Source: an uncultured bacterium
GTDB lineage: Bacteria > Omnitrophota > Omnitrophia > Omnitrophales > Aquincolibacteriaceae
DNA: 64,000 nucleotides
NCBI GenBank assembly: GCA_964385615.1
Contig: CAYLPP010000003.1
Location: 11,288 to 75,287, forward strand
Direction: 5' to 3'
The position numbers and the translations under genes were made by a program. The notes under the pieces were generated by a model that saw nothing but the letters and a program-made list of their open reading frames with translations, was not told where the DNA came from and did no database searches. Positions 1 to 9,839 of the stretch are shown here, in pieces; position 1 is the first letter of the stretch; every line of letters starts with the position of its first letter.

Positions 1-999
1 ATGATTAGCAATTTCAATCGCCCGACCTTCAAGATTACAGAGATAAACATCGAAAATTGTCATCGGCTTGCCGCTTCGCAGCTGTGGTTCGGCAAGCTCA
101 CCACCCTGAGCCTGTCGAATGGGCATCCCAAGCATTTGATTGAAATCACAGTCATACAGCTTGCCGTCCCAACCGACATTGAGCGTGCTCCTGCACATGA
201 GACCTTCTAAAGTTGCGGGATTGAAACTGTTGACCAAGAGTTCCTGATAGGTTTCGTATTGATTAAGGGCTTGAAGATATTTTGCATACCGCGTAATCGG
301 CATATTCGTAATTGTATAAAGACGGTTAAATACAATGCCCCAATCCTCCTGAAGCCTTTCCTTATAATCCCTCTCGAGCCCCATCTGTTCGGGCGGAAGA
401 TGAGGGCCGACGGGGTTATAAACAAGATTCAAAACAAGGCCGGAATCCCGAGATTCCGGCACGCACCCAGGATCTTGACGATCCTGCGTCCGCAGGCCGG
501 AATTTTCTTTTCCATACCCAAGATTATTCAAAAGCTGAAGCCCTTTGATGGATTCATCGAAAGTTCCTTTTCCACGCTGTTTATCTACATTCTCCTGTAA
601 ATAGCATGGGAGTGATGCGACGATTTCCACCTTGTTATCTGCCATAAACTGGCCGAGATCTTCCTGCCCAGGGAGAAAAAGCACCGTCAAATTACAACGG
701 TCAATGACATGAACTCCAAAATTGCGAGCTTCTGTTACGAAATAACGGAAATTCGGATTCATTTCCGGTGCGCCGCCGGTCAAATCAAGTGTTTTGACAC
801 CTGAATTTCTCATATAAGCGACAACGGCTTCGGCAGTCGTCCGATTCATATTCTCTTTTGTCTTTGTCGGCCCAGCCTCCACATGACAGTGCGCACAGGT
901 TAGATTGCAAAGCTTTCCAAGATTGACCTGTAAAATTTCAACGGGACCTTTGGTCAATCGAGCGCCAGCAGACTTGACTTTATCCTGAAAACTTTCCAT
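1..999 (-). CDS. arsS: radical SAM/Cys-rich protein, ArsS-like (arsenosugar biosynthesis); 3' end beyond window start
   Basis: Hand translation from ATG at 999 reading toward position 1 gives MESFQDKVKSAGARLTKGPVEILQVNLGKLCNLTCAHCHVEAGPTKTKENMNRT... with the CxxxCxxC radical-SAM motif. There is no stop before the window edge, so it is absent from the ORF track, which needs an in-window stop. It sits next to arsM. Confidence 0.7.
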   Translation of the reverse strand, partial: MESFQDKVKSAGARLTKGPVEILQVNLGKLCNLTCAHCHVEAGPTKTKENMNRTTAEAVVAYMRNSGVKTLDLTGGAPEMNPNFRYFVTEARNFGVHVIDRCNLTVLFLPGQEDLGQFMADNKVEIVASLPCYLQENVDKQRGKGTFDESIKGLQLLNNLGYGKENSGLRTQDRQDPGCVPESRDSGLVLNLVYNPVGPHLPPEQMGLERDYKERLQEDWGIVFNRLYTITNMPITRYAKYLQALNQYETYQELLVNSFNPATLEGLMCRSTLNVGWDGKLYDCDFNQMLGMPIRQAQGGELAEPQLRSGKPMTIFDVYLCNLEGRAIEIANH

Positions 1000-1005
1000 T
1001 TTGAT

Positions 1006-2151
1006 TTATCCCCCTATCCTTGAAAGCACGAAGAAACTCCCGGCTGATAGAACTGCTGCTATCGGCAGAGTTAAAAGCCATGCACCAAGAATTGAAGTAA
1101 TCACCTTCCAGTTTGCTTTCCCATTCACAAGCCCAATGCCAAACAATGCCCCGCAGGAAACATGAGTCGTTGAAACCGGCATCCCCCATCCTGAAGCAAA
1201 GATCACAAGAATGGCCGTCACAAGATTCGCGGTAAATCCCTGTCCGTGATTCATCGATGTAATTCTGGTGGAAACAGTTTTGGCCACTTTGCGGGCGCCA
1301 AGAATTCCTCCAATCGCCATAACAGAAGCCACCAAAAACATGTTCCATCGCAGCCCCATAGCTCCAGCAGCGACAAGCAACGCTGCGATTTTGGGTGTAT
1401 CGTTGAGCCCCCGGGCAAAACTGACCGCTCCAGCGCTCAGAAAATGGAGGGAATCAAGGATCGTCTGCGCATTGACGCCCAAAAATTTCCCTTCGTAAAT
1501 CTCAATTGCTTTTGCCTGACAACTGGCTTCATTCCCAACAAAAACTTCCGGGATTTTTATTTCTGAAACAGCCATCGTCTTGCCGTTTTCTAGTCCAAGC
1601 TGTACTAGCGGAATCACTTTCTCTCCCACACAAAGACAACTTTTGCGTGTTATCCCAAGAACCTTTCTTGATTGGTGCATTATGAAATAAATAGAAGCTG
1701 TAAAAATAATAGCCAGAAATGGACTGACAATGAGCGGCATGAAAAAGTTTTTACCAAGGGTATTGAATCCAAGCTGCGTGCCAATCGCCATGAATCCCGC
1801 GCCTACAAGCGAACCTGTAAGCCCGTGAGTGGTTGAAATCGGAATACCGAACCTTGCGGCAAACAGCACAGTTAAGCCTGTTCCAATCGCCACAGCAGCA
1901 AGAAATGCCGGATGGCTGATCAAAATATCGGGAACAAGTCCTTTTCCTGTAAAAGTTTTCACTAAGCGAGTCGCAAGGAAGAATGCCGCACCTGAGCCGG
2001 CAAAAGTTGTCACCGTCGCCCAGCTTAAGGCCTTGCGATAATCCGTAGTTCCGCTTCCAAATAATGTTGCTACACCTTTAAAATTGTCGTTTGCGCCGTT
2101 AGCATAGGCTACAAATAAAACAGCCAATGTAACGCCCAATATCCAGATCAT
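1006..2151 (-). CDS. inorganic phosphate transporter, PiT/PHO4 family
   Basis: Multi-TM protein with a GANDNFKGVATLFGSGT motif typical of PiT. The likely start is ATG at 2149-2151 (MIWILG...), which overlaps the arsM stop as TGATG. The track ORF extends upstream to 2253. Confidence 0.7.
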   Translation of the reverse strand: MIWILGVTLAVLFVAYANGANDNFKGVATLFGSGTTDYRKALSWATVTTFAGSGAAFFLATRLVKTFTGKGLVPDILISHPAFLAAVAIGTGLTVLFAARFGIPISTTHGLTGSLVGAGFMAIGTQLGFNTLGKNFFMPLIVSPFLAIIFTASIYFIMHQSRKVLGITRKSCLCVGEKVIPLVQLGLENGKTMAVSEIKIPEVFVGNEASCQAKAIEIYEGKFLGVNAQTILDSLHFLSAGAVSFARGLNDTPKIAALLVAAGAMGLRWNMFLVASVMAIGGILGARKVAKTVSTRITSMNHGQGFTANLVTAILVIFASGWGMPVSTTHVSCGALFGIGLVNGKANWKVITSILGAWLLTLPIAAVLSAGSFFVLSRIGG

Positions 2152-3326
2152 CAGCAACACCCCCCATCCATACAAACCGATTTCATCGAAGATGGCTTTG
2201 TGTATTTTTTCCCTTTTGTTTCGCGAGCATCGCGTTCTTCGGTTCGTCGGCAATCAAAAGGCTTCGCCTTCGCCAACGGAATATCTTTTGACGGCGGTAC
2301 CAAAATAAATTCGTTCTGATACGGATGCTTTGAATAAATCTGAAATGTCTTATCGCAAACCGCCGTCCGGACTCCGCGCTTCAGCACATGCCCGTCATCA
2401 TCAACAACCTGCTTCCAGGGCCCCTTGTAAATCACTGCCTGATTTCTTTCCCAGCAGGGTCCCTCCTTCCCTTTGTAAGCCGTGATCGTCATGGAACGAA
2501 ATTCAATCCCTTGAACAATACGCCAGGGTCTTTCATCCAGTTTCTCGACTCTGACTCCGTAGAATCCTGCTTCTTCAAAAGCTTTGAGAAATTCTTTTTC
2601 CTGAAAAGCGCCGGAGATGCAGCCGCTCCAGAGTTCCGAGTCTTTCTGAAGTTCTTCGGGAACAAACTCATCTGAAACAATATCCGAAATGGCAACCCGT
2701 CCTCCTTTTTTTAAAACTCGGTGCATCTCGCGGAATAAAGCTTTTTTATCCTCAGAACGAACGAGATTCAGAACGCAGTTTGAAACAACGACATCGATCG
2801 ACTCATCTTCAACGAGCGGCGTGCGCCCTTTCACAAGATCTACGGCATCCTCAAAATGCATGAGATCGTCCACCGAATGAATAGGACTTTTTTTAAGTGT
2901 CTCCTCCAATGCCTCCAAATCGGTTTTTAAATCCTGAATCCGGCCGCGCCGGAACTCCACATTGCTCCAACCTATTCTTCCCGCGATTTTTTTTTCATAC
3001 TTGCGGGCAAGTTCAAGCATCGTGGGATTAAAATCCACACCAATCACTTTTCCTCTAGCCCCGACAACCTGGGAGGCGATGTAACAAATCTTTCCTCCTC
3101 CAGAACCCAAATCAAGCACCGTATCCCCTTCCTTAAGAAAGCGGGATGGATCTCCGCAGCCATAATCTTTCTCAAGGATCTCTTGAGGAATGACCTTGAG
3201 GTATTTGGGATCATAGTTTGTGGGACAGCACAAAGCTTCCTCCCGGACTTTGGCGCCCTGCGCGTAGCGCTCACGGACCGCTTGCTCAATGCTGTGATCC
3301 TTCTTTCCATTATTGGATGCTTTCAT
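2151..3326 (-). CDS. arsM: arsenite S-adenosylmethionine methyltransferase ArsM
   Basis: SAM methyltransferase fold (VLDLGSGGG) with a Cys-rich C-terminus (CMDGGCC) and the conserved CCP..YD N-terminus. It is adjacent to arsS. Confidence 0.8.
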   Translation of the reverse strand: MKASNNGKKDHSIEQAVRERYAQGAKVREEALCCPTNYDPKYLKVIPQEILEKDYGCGDPSRFLKEGDTVLDLGSGGGKICYIASQVVGARGKVIGVDFNPTMLELARKYEKKIAGRIGWSNVEFRRGRIQDLKTDLEALEETLKKSPIHSVDDLMHFEDAVDLVKGRTPLVEDESIDVVVSNCVLNLVRSEDKKALFREMHRVLKKGGRVAISDIVSDEFVPEELQKDSELWSGCISGAFQEKEFLKAFEEAGFYGVRVEKLDERPWRIVQGIEFRSMTITAYKGKEGPCWERNQAVIYKGPWKQVVDDDGHVLKRGVRTAVCDKTFQIYSKHPYQNEFILVPPSKDIPLAKAKPFDCRRTEERDARETKGKKYTKPSSMKSVCMDGGCC

Positions 3327-3330
3327 AAAC

Positions 3331-3933
3331 TCACCTCTCCTTATTCGATATTTTTAGTTCGTCTAAATCTTCCAGCTCAGGAAGCAGACAATGCGAAAGT
3401 TCTTCCTCCCGTGTCCATCCAAGCGTGGCCTTTAACACTTCCGGGGTACTCCAAGGAATATTTTCAAAAAGACTTTCGTGAAACTCCTTACATCCGATCA
3501 GGTAATACCCTCCGTCTTTTGCGGGGCCAATGACAACATCGTAAAATTGAAGATTGTCGAACGCCTTTTCAATCACTTCTTTTTTAAGTCCCAATGTGTC
3601 GCTTCCAAGAGCAATCACGGCACAGGCTTCTTCACCAAAAGATTCCTGAAAAGCCTGTGTCAGACGTTCTCCTAAGTCATTTCCCTTCTGAGCCACATAA
3701 TCGGATGCACCTGACAACCATTCTTTGATTTCACTTTCTTTCTCGGGAGGATCAAACATTACGGTAATTTTGAACTCACTGGCGGTAAGTTCTTGAAGAG
3801 TTCTAAAGCCGCTTTCCGCCAATCCTCGATAGGCGTTGGCCGCAGCTTCATTGCCTATAGACTTCGCAAGGCGAGTCTTGACCTTTCCGGGCTCCGGATA
3901 TTTGACAAAATAAAGGACGCATTTATACGCCAT
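3331..3933 (-). CDS. TIGR04282/DUF2064-family protein (arsenosugar-biosynthesis-associated glycosyltransferase-like)
   Basis: DGGYYLIG and IPWST blocks typical of DUF2064. It is translationally coupled to the downstream GT2. Confidence 0.65.
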   Translation of the reverse strand: MAYKCVLYFVKYPEPGKVKTRLAKSIGNEAAANAYRGLAESGFRTLQELTASEFKITVMFDPPEKESEIKEWLSGASDYVAQKGNDLGERLTQAFQESFGEEACAVIALGSDTLGLKKEVIEKAFDNLQFYDVVIGPAKDGGYYLIGCKEFHESLFENIPWSTPEVLKATLGWTREEELSHCLLPELEDLDELKISNKER

Positions 3934-4642
3934 GGGTCATGACCTTGTACCTTTCTCTGAGGGACTCCAAATCCTCACGGAGGATTTTATACCCAAACAT
4001 AATGCGCATATTTTTCAGGATTTGCTTTAATATCCCGGACTCAAAGTAACGCCGGGAGGAAACCGTAACCTTGTCATCAACGATAGCGATTCTCCCCCGC
4101 TTTGAGAGGCATTCTGAAAACATCAGATCTTCCAGAAACGCGACATCCGGGTAGCCGTGCGCCGCGTCAAAAACCGAACGCTGCGCAAATATGGCGTTTG
4201 AACCGACAAGGCACTTCATCATTCCTAAGTAGAAAGTATTCTGAAAAAATACATAAGAATTCATAATCCAATTTGTCGGGAAATATCTCTTTTTAAACCC
4301 GCCTCCGATGAAACCCTGCCCCAGCTTGTCACGGATACGGTCTACCGCATTGCCCGGCAGCCTCATATCCGCATGCACAAAAAGGAAAATATCCGACTTT
4401 GCCTCAAAAGCTCCCAAATTCATTTGCAGTGCACGGTCCGCATAAGCCGTTTCGAAACATCGGACCGACGAAAAATCCCGCCTGATAATTTCACAGGTGC
4501 CGTCTTTTGATCCACCATCCACGGCTATCACTTCATCCGCGCCAAGCGAAAGAAGATGATTTAGCGTGTCGGCAATAAGATTTTTTTCGTTGACCACCGG
4601 GACAATAATGGCAACGCTTGTTTTTTTGTCCATAGCTCCCAT
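3923..4642 (-). CDS. family 2 glycosyltransferase (TIGR04283-like partner of DUF2064)
   Basis: GT2 N-terminus (VAIIVPVVNE ... VDGGSKDGT) and an 11-bp overlap with the DUF2064 gene. Confidence 0.65.
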   Translation of the reverse strand: MGAMDKKTSVAIIVPVVNEKNLIADTLNHLLSLGADEVIAVDGGSKDGTCEIIRRDFSSVRCFETAYADRALQMNLGAFEAKSDIFLFVHADMRLPGNAVDRIRDKLGQGFIGGGFKKRYFPTNWIMNSYVFFQNTFYLGMMKCLVGSNAIFAQRSVFDAAHGYPDVAFLEDLMFSECLSKRGRIAIVDDKVTVSSRRYFESGILKQILKNMRIMFGYKILREDLESLRERYKVMTHGV

Positions 4643-6006
4643 CCTAAAAGAAAATAGAAAACTCCGTATTCAAATAGCTTCACAAAATTGAACGCTTGTC
4701 GCATCCCTTGATACTCGAAATAAAAATCCAAGTAATAGAAAAAAATAAGCCCTGAGAATAAAAGAAAGGCACGTGATGGCGCAAAAACAAGAAACGGAAA
4801 AACCCAGGTGAAGTACCAGGGATTTCCTGTAGGCGCGAGAAAAAAGAGCCCGGCTATTACAACAAGGCTAGCTTTCAGGAAGGCTTCGACATTTTCCCGG
4901 CTTTTCAACCATTGGATGGTTTGAATTGCGAGCGCTGCAAATAAAATACCCACGGTTGCGCGGCTCAACCACTCCGCGTGGTTCGAAAAAGGTTGCACAG
5001 CCAAGAACCAGACTCTTATCAAACCATAAATTCCTGCGTTAACCTGCCATTCCCCAGCAAATCTTCCGAGCCCTTCAAAAAGCGAGGACCCGGCTGAAGC
5101 AAAGGGTAGATAAAGCCCCGTCAATATGGCACCATAAAGCAGACTCCCTTTCACGACTTCTTTAGGCGCGGTTGCCCAAACCCATACACACAGAAGCGGC
5201 ATCAGGACAATAGGAAACAGTTTTATTCCTGACGCGAGAGCCAAGAACGCAAACGCCCATAAAATCTGCTGTCCGATCACTGCCCATACGGTTAATGTCA
5301 GAAATAAGACTGCAAAAACATCCAGATGAAGGCTGTTAGAAAATTCCTTCAGTACAAGAGGAGACCAGGCATACAGCAAAATCCATTCCTGCCGCAACCC
5401 AAGCTTTTTCAACGAGAATGCCAGCGTTATCAAAATGCTAATCTCAGCCAGAAGGATCATGAAACGCCAGCCATCAAGTTTCCAGGGTGATAAAAATTGT
5501 GCCGTCGCAAAAAGCATCTGCGCTAAGGGTGGATAAATCGTTTTGATACCTGCGTGATTGATTTTTTGAAATGTTTCAATAACTTCCGGCGCTGCTTTCT
5601 CGCCTGGAACCCGCTGGGTCCAGAAAGCCTCTTTCGGGGAATGCTCATAAGGGTTCTCACTCTTCAGAACCGTCTGACCATCCCAGACATAGCGATACGG
5701 GTCCGTTTCTTGAATAAGATTTGAGGGAAGAAACGCGATTCTGCATAGAAGACCAATAAGGAGAATCCAAAAAACAGCTCTCTGGTCACTTTTAAATGCT
5801 CTCGGAAGTCTCCTGACATACTCCAGTGCCGCAAAATAAAGTCCAAAAGTCACGAATTCTAAAATGAGAAACGAAATAATCGGCCGCTGAGCATGTCCCA
5901 TTCCGAAGACAAAGGATTTACTTACCCAGGATACGCCTATCTGCGTAAGAAGGATGAATACCCCAAAAACAAAAATCGGATTTTTTAAAATTCTATTCCA
6001 ATTCAT
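4561..6006 (-). CDS. polytopic membrane protein, putative GT-C-type glycosyltransferase (DUF2029-like)
   Basis: Many TM helices and a glycosylation context. The likely start is MNWNRILKNP at 6006; the track ORF extends to 6108. Confidence 0.4.
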   Translation of the reverse strand: MNWNRILKNPIFVFGVFILLTQIGVSWVSKSFVFGMGHAQRPIISFLILEFVTFGLYFAALEYVRRLPRAFKSDQRAVFWILLIGLLCRIAFLPSNLIQETDPYRYVWDGQTVLKSENPYEHSPKEAFWTQRVPGEKAAPEVIETFQKINHAGIKTIYPPLAQMLFATAQFLSPWKLDGWRFMILLAEISILITLAFSLKKLGLRQEWILLYAWSPLVLKEFSNSLHLDVFAVLFLTLTVWAVIGQQILWAFAFLALASGIKLFPIVLMPLLCVWVWATAPKEVVKGSLLYGAILTGLYLPFASAGSSLFEGLGRFAGEWQVNAGIYGLIRVWFLAVQPFSNHAEWLSRATVGILFAALAIQTIQWLKSRENVEAFLKASLVVIAGLFFLAPTGNPWYFTWVFPFLVFAPSRAFLLFSGLIFFYYLDFYFEYQGMRQAFNFVKLFEYGVFYFLLGWELWTKKQALPLLSRWSTKKILLPTR

Positions 6007-6010
6007 TTTT

Positions 6011-7303
6011 TTATTCCTCACCGGAAATCTGTCCTGATTGGCAAATCTCTGCAAACTGTTTACCGGAATCCCTGATTTTCCGGGATTGAGTCGCGTAATC
6101 AACTTCAATCAAGCCAAACCGGGGCCCATAACCTTCGGCCCACTCGTAATTATCAAGCAAGGACCAGTAGAGATAGCCCATGACTTGGGCTCCTTCTTTC
6201 ATGGCCTTTGCCAATTGAATCAAATGACTTTTGACAAACTCAAAACGCTCTTCATCCCGCTCAAGACAAACACCATTTTCTGTAATAAGAAGCGGCAGCT
6301 TATATTGAGAAAATTCTTTAACCAATTGATAGAGCCCTTGAGGATAAATTTCCCAGGAGAGAAAATTTCTTTTACCAACACTTCTATGATGCTTCAAGGT
6401 GCAAATGTCACCGAAGATCGCCGGGATTTGAAACCCTTCGTTGTGAACAAAATCACGCGTGTAATAATTTAAGCCGACAAAATCAAGCGTCTTTGCCTTA
6501 GGAAGCTGGATACGAAAAAGCCCGGGATAAAAAATTCGCCCGCGGATCAGGGCTTTAATAAAAAGATGATTGAACATTGCATTCCTCAAACTTACCGATA
6601 GCCGGTCTTTCCAGGATTTCGGCGAACACGGCGTAAATATCAGCACATGTTTGGCGATGCCTACTTGAGCGGAAGGGCGTTTGAGCTGACGACTTCCCCC
6701 TTTAATGGTGTCGTAGGCCAGGACATGTCCTTTAAGTAAATGTGACAAGGCTTTCAATGTTTTTTCATAGGACTTTTCTCCGGGAGGCCACTCCCCCATG
6801 AGATAGCCCTTAAAAACATAAGCCACGGGTTCATTGAGAGTGATCCAATACCGGATATGTTCTCCAAGTTCCTCGACTACTTTCCGGACATAGCGTGCAA
6901 ACAAATCAGGCGTTCCTTCAAACAGCCAGCCGCCTTTTTGAGAGAGCCAAACCGGTAATGTGAAGTGGTGTAATGTGACGATGGGTTCAAGCCCAAGGGA
7001 CCGCAGAGATTCAATCACCTCACGGTAATGAATGATGGCTTCATCATTAAACTGGCCTTCATGAGGCTCAATACGGCTCCATTCGAGAGAAAACCGATGG
7101 GCCTTATGATTCAACGATTTTGCCAGAGCAAAATCCTCACGGAACTGATTCCAATGATCACAGGCCTTCCCGGATTTTTCTTTAACCTTTCCGTTTTGCT
7201 CCCACTGCCACCAGTCGTTATTCACGTTATTTCCTTCGACTTGATGCGAAGAAGTCGCGGCACCCCACATAAAGTTTTTAGGAAATTCAAAGTTTGTCGT
7301 CAT
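6011..7303 (-). CDS. GH1 family beta-glucosidase
   Basis: LNEP acid/base and ITENG nucleophile motifs, with the N-terminal FMWGAATSSHQVEG signature. Confidence 0.85.
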   Translation of the reverse strand: MTTNFEFPKNFMWGAATSSHQVEGNNVNNDWWQWEQNGKVKEKSGKACDHWNQFREDFALAKSLNHKAHRFSLEWSRIEPHEGQFNDEAIIHYREVIESLRSLGLEPIVTLHHFTLPVWLSQKGGWLFEGTPDLFARYVRKVVEELGEHIRYWITLNEPVAYVFKGYLMGEWPPGEKSYEKTLKALSHLLKGHVLAYDTIKGGSRQLKRPSAQVGIAKHVLIFTPCSPKSWKDRLSVSLRNAMFNHLFIKALIRGRIFYPGLFRIQLPKAKTLDFVGLNYYTRDFVHNEGFQIPAIFGDICTLKHHRSVGKRNFLSWEIYPQGLYQLVKEFSQYKLPLLITENGVCLERDEERFEFVKSHLIQLAKAMKEGAQVMGYLYWSLLDNYEWAEGYGPRFGLIEVDYATQSRKIRDSGKQFAEICQSGQISGEE

Positions 7304-7311
7304 GGCTATTT

Positions 7312-7623
7312 TTATCCGTTCTTATCCTCACAATTTTCCGGCATCAAAAAATAGGCTTCGATCCCTTGTATGGCTTTCTCCGAATCTTCGCCACGGACTT
7401 CAATACGCAGCCGCGATTTCCACGCAGCCCCCAAAGCCAGCAATCCCAAAATACTCTTCCCATCGACGGCAAGTTCGCCCTTGATGATTTGAATCCTTGA
7501 GCGAAACTGACGCGCAAAAAGAATAAAACGTGTCGCGGTTCTCGCATGTAACCCCAACCGGCATGGCATGGTCACCTCCGTACTCCGCACTGCGCTCACT
7601 TTCTGCGGCACAAGCTCCATCAT
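7312..7623 (-). CDS. ptsH: HPr-family phosphocarrier protein
   Basis: GLHARTATRF active-site His region. The protein is about 100 aa. Confidence 0.7.
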   Translation of the reverse strand: MMELVPQKVSAVRSTEVTMPCRLGLHARTATRFILFARQFRSRIQIIKGELAVDGKSILGLLALGAAWKSRLRIEVRGEDSEKAIQGIEAYFLMPENCEDKNG

Positions 7624-7665
7624 CCACCCCCCTTAGTTGTTCACCTTTTTGCAGGACGGTCCTAT

Positions 7666-8220
7666 TCATACCTTATGTCTGCTTCCGCTTGTTTCCAATT
7701 CAACACCCAGGGCATCCGCGACCCGGTTGATAAAACTGAATAGTGCCACAACGGATGTGGCTTCAAGAATCTCGCTATCGGACCATCCAGCCTCCTTGAG
7801 CCCTACGATGTCCGAATCCGTCACTTTGTAGGCGTTTTTCGTGACCTTCTCCGCATACTCTAACAACCGAAGCGTTTTTTTATCAACCCCGGCCTTTCGA
7901 TAATCTTCTCCAATCGTGTTTGCCATCTCCGGATCGACCCCATACTGCTTCATAAAGTTAACGTGATGCGACAAGCAATAGCCGCATTGATTGATTTTTG
8001 ATGTCAGAGCAGCGATCATTTCCTTTACGGAACGAGGAAGCTTTGTTTCCGCAACCATGATGGTTTGAAAAATTTTCATATGCGCCTCAAAAAGTTCCGG
8101 CCAAATTGAAAAAATCTTCACCACGTTTGGCACAGCGCCCATCTGGCTCTTCATCATGCCGTAAACTTGTCCAATCATTCCTTCCGCTTGATTTTCTTCA
8201 ATAATGGATATACGGTTCAT
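7666..8220 (-). CDS. carboxymuconolactone decarboxylase/AhpD-like peroxidase-related protein
   Basis: CGYCLSHH (CxxCxxH) AhpD core motif. The start at 8220 is preceded by an AGGAGG ribosome-binding site; the track ORF extends to 8262. Confidence 0.6.
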   Translation of the reverse strand: MNRISIIEENQAEGMIGQVYGMMKSQMGAVPNVVKIFSIWPELFEAHMKIFQTIMVAETKLPRSVKEMIAALTSKINQCGYCLSHHVNFMKQYGVDPEMANTIGEDYRKAGVDKKTLRLLEYAEKVTKNAYKVTDSDIVGLKEAGWSDSEILEATSVVALFSFINRVADALGVELETSGSRHKV

Positions 8221-8405
8221 GGTTCCTCCTGATTTAAAAAGGCACTTTAATTTGATGCCCACATTTGGGACAAATCAAAACACGGTATTTCCCTGTAGAG
8301 TCGTTCACCACCCTTTCTTGCAGCACGCCTTCACTCACACAATTCAGGTTCATGCACCCCACTAAACTTATTGGCAGGAGCACAAAAAGTATCCTCAAGC
8401 ATAAG

Positions 8406-9839
8406 TCACGCAAATGGAATCAATCTCCTTGCCAGCTTCGGGAACCATCCCTTGAAGAGCTTTTCACGGTAATACTGATCACACGCCCGTTTCACCGCCT
8501 GTGAAAGCGTCGGGTAAACGTGAATCATTTGAGAAATCTTCGTGATCGGCAGCTTGGCTTTCATGGCGAGAGTAAACTCATGCAAAAGTTCTCCAGCGTG
8601 AGGTCCCAAAAGATGCGCTCCCAAAATCTGGTTCTTCTGATCACAAACCAGTTTGATAAAACCATGCCCTTCGCCCTCGATGATGGCGCGATCCACTTCA
8701 TCAAAACGAAACCGGAAAACTTGCACATTCTTTTCCCCGTATTCTTTCTTAGCTTCAGCTTCCGTCATTCCGACACGGCCAAGCTCGGGATCGCTGTAAG
8801 TGACCCAGGGAACAACGCGATAATCGGCCTTACGGTTCATGAACGGAAAGAGAGCATTCGAGACAACGATTCCTGCCTGATACTCCGCAGTATGCGTAAA
8901 AGGAAAAGGCCCGCATACATCTCCGCAAGCAAAGATATGCTTTTGGTTGGTCCTCATATCCAATCCTACTTTGATTCCTTTTTTATCGTCGTATTCAACA
9001 CCGGCCAGGCTGAGGTTCAATCCATCTACATTGGGGGCTCGGCCAATGGAAATCATGAGTTCTTCGGCTTCAAAATGCTTAATCCCCTCACCAGAGCATT
9101 CCGCCACAACAACTTTTTTACCTTGCGCTGTCTTCTGGATCTCCTTGACCTCGGTGCAGGTGCGGATTTCGATACCTTCCGTTTTAAGAATTTTTTCAAG
9201 ATCATCCGCAAGTTCCTTGTCTTCACGAGGCAGAACCTGCCCCATTTTTTCAATCACGGTGACCTTGGAACCCAAGCGGGCGAAAACCTGTGAAAATTCA
9301 AGACCAATGGGACCTGCACCCAAAATCACGATGGACTGCGGGAGGTGGTCCAGTTTGAGCGCGGTCACATTCGTAAGAGCCCCCGATTCTTTGAGCCCTG
9401 GAATCGGAAGCAGAATCGGACGCGAGCCCGTGGCAATCAGAAACTTGCGGCCTCGAAGCTGACGGTTGCCCACTTCAAATGTATGAGAATCCAGAAAATG
9501 TCCGGTCCCAAAAATAACTTCTACGCCCATTTTACGGAACCGCTCGGGGTCATCATTTTTTCCGATGCGTGCCTGCACGCCGCGCATTCTTTCCATCACT
9601 TTTTTGAAATCCACCTTGTAATCACCTTCGATCCCAAACTCTTCGGAACGCTTAAAAAGAGAGGCGACCTTGGCCGACTGAACCAATCGCTTCGTCGGAA
9701 CACAACCCCAATGCAGGCAATCCCCGCCCAGAGATTCTTTTTCAACAAGCGCCACCTTTGCCCCCAGTTGCGAAGCACCGCTCGCTGTGACAAGCCCTCC
9801 GACTCCGCCTCCGATAATGACCAGATCATACTTTTCCAT
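8406..9839 (-). CDS. class I pyridine nucleotide-disulfide oxidoreductase (dihydrolipoyl dehydrogenase / MerA-like, lacking the C-terminal CC pair)
   Basis: DLVIIGGGVGG FAD motif and a GGDCLHWGCVPTK redox-active disulfide. The start is MEKYDL at 9839. Confidence 0.75.
   Translation of the reverse strand: MEKYDLVIIGGGVGGLVTASGASQLGAKVALVEKESLGGDCLHWGCVPTKRLVQSAKVASLFKRSEEFGIEGDYKVDFKKVMERMRGVQARIGKNDDPERFRKMGVEVIFGTGHFLDSHTFEVGNRQLRGRKFLIATGSRPILLPIPGLKESGALTNVTALKLDHLPQSIVILGAGPIGLEFSQVFARLGSKVTVIEKMGQVLPREDKELADDLEKILKTEGIEIRTCTEVKEIQKTAQGKKVVVAECSGEGIKHFEAEELMISIGRAPNVDGLNLSLAGVEYDDKKGIKVGLDMRTNQKHIFACGDVCGPFPFTHTAEYQAGIVVSNALFPFMNRKADYRVVPWVTYSDPELGRVGMTEAEAKKEYGEKNVQVFRFRFDEVDRAIIEGEGHGFIKLVCDQKNQILGAHLLGPHAGELLHEFTLAMKAKLPITKISQMIHVYPTLSQAVKRACDQYYREKLFKGWFPKLARRLIPFA

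Noticed and set aside
1-600. Plus-strand ORFs 1-210 and 259-600 and minus-strand ORF 207-425
   Set aside because: They lie antisense or out of frame to a continuous minus-strand reading frame (999 down to 1) that encodes a clear ArsS radical-SAM protein. They are shadow ORFs.
980-2041. ORFs 980-1348(-), 1246-1566(+), 1268-1498(+), 1829-2041(+)
   Set aside because: All lie inside the PiT transporter gene in other frames, with no motifs.
8406-9839. Mercuric reductase MerA
   Set aside because: The C-terminus lacks the vicinal CC pair, and there is no NmerA domain or merR/merT neighbours. The protein is better called an Lpd-like flavoprotein disulfide oxidoreductase.
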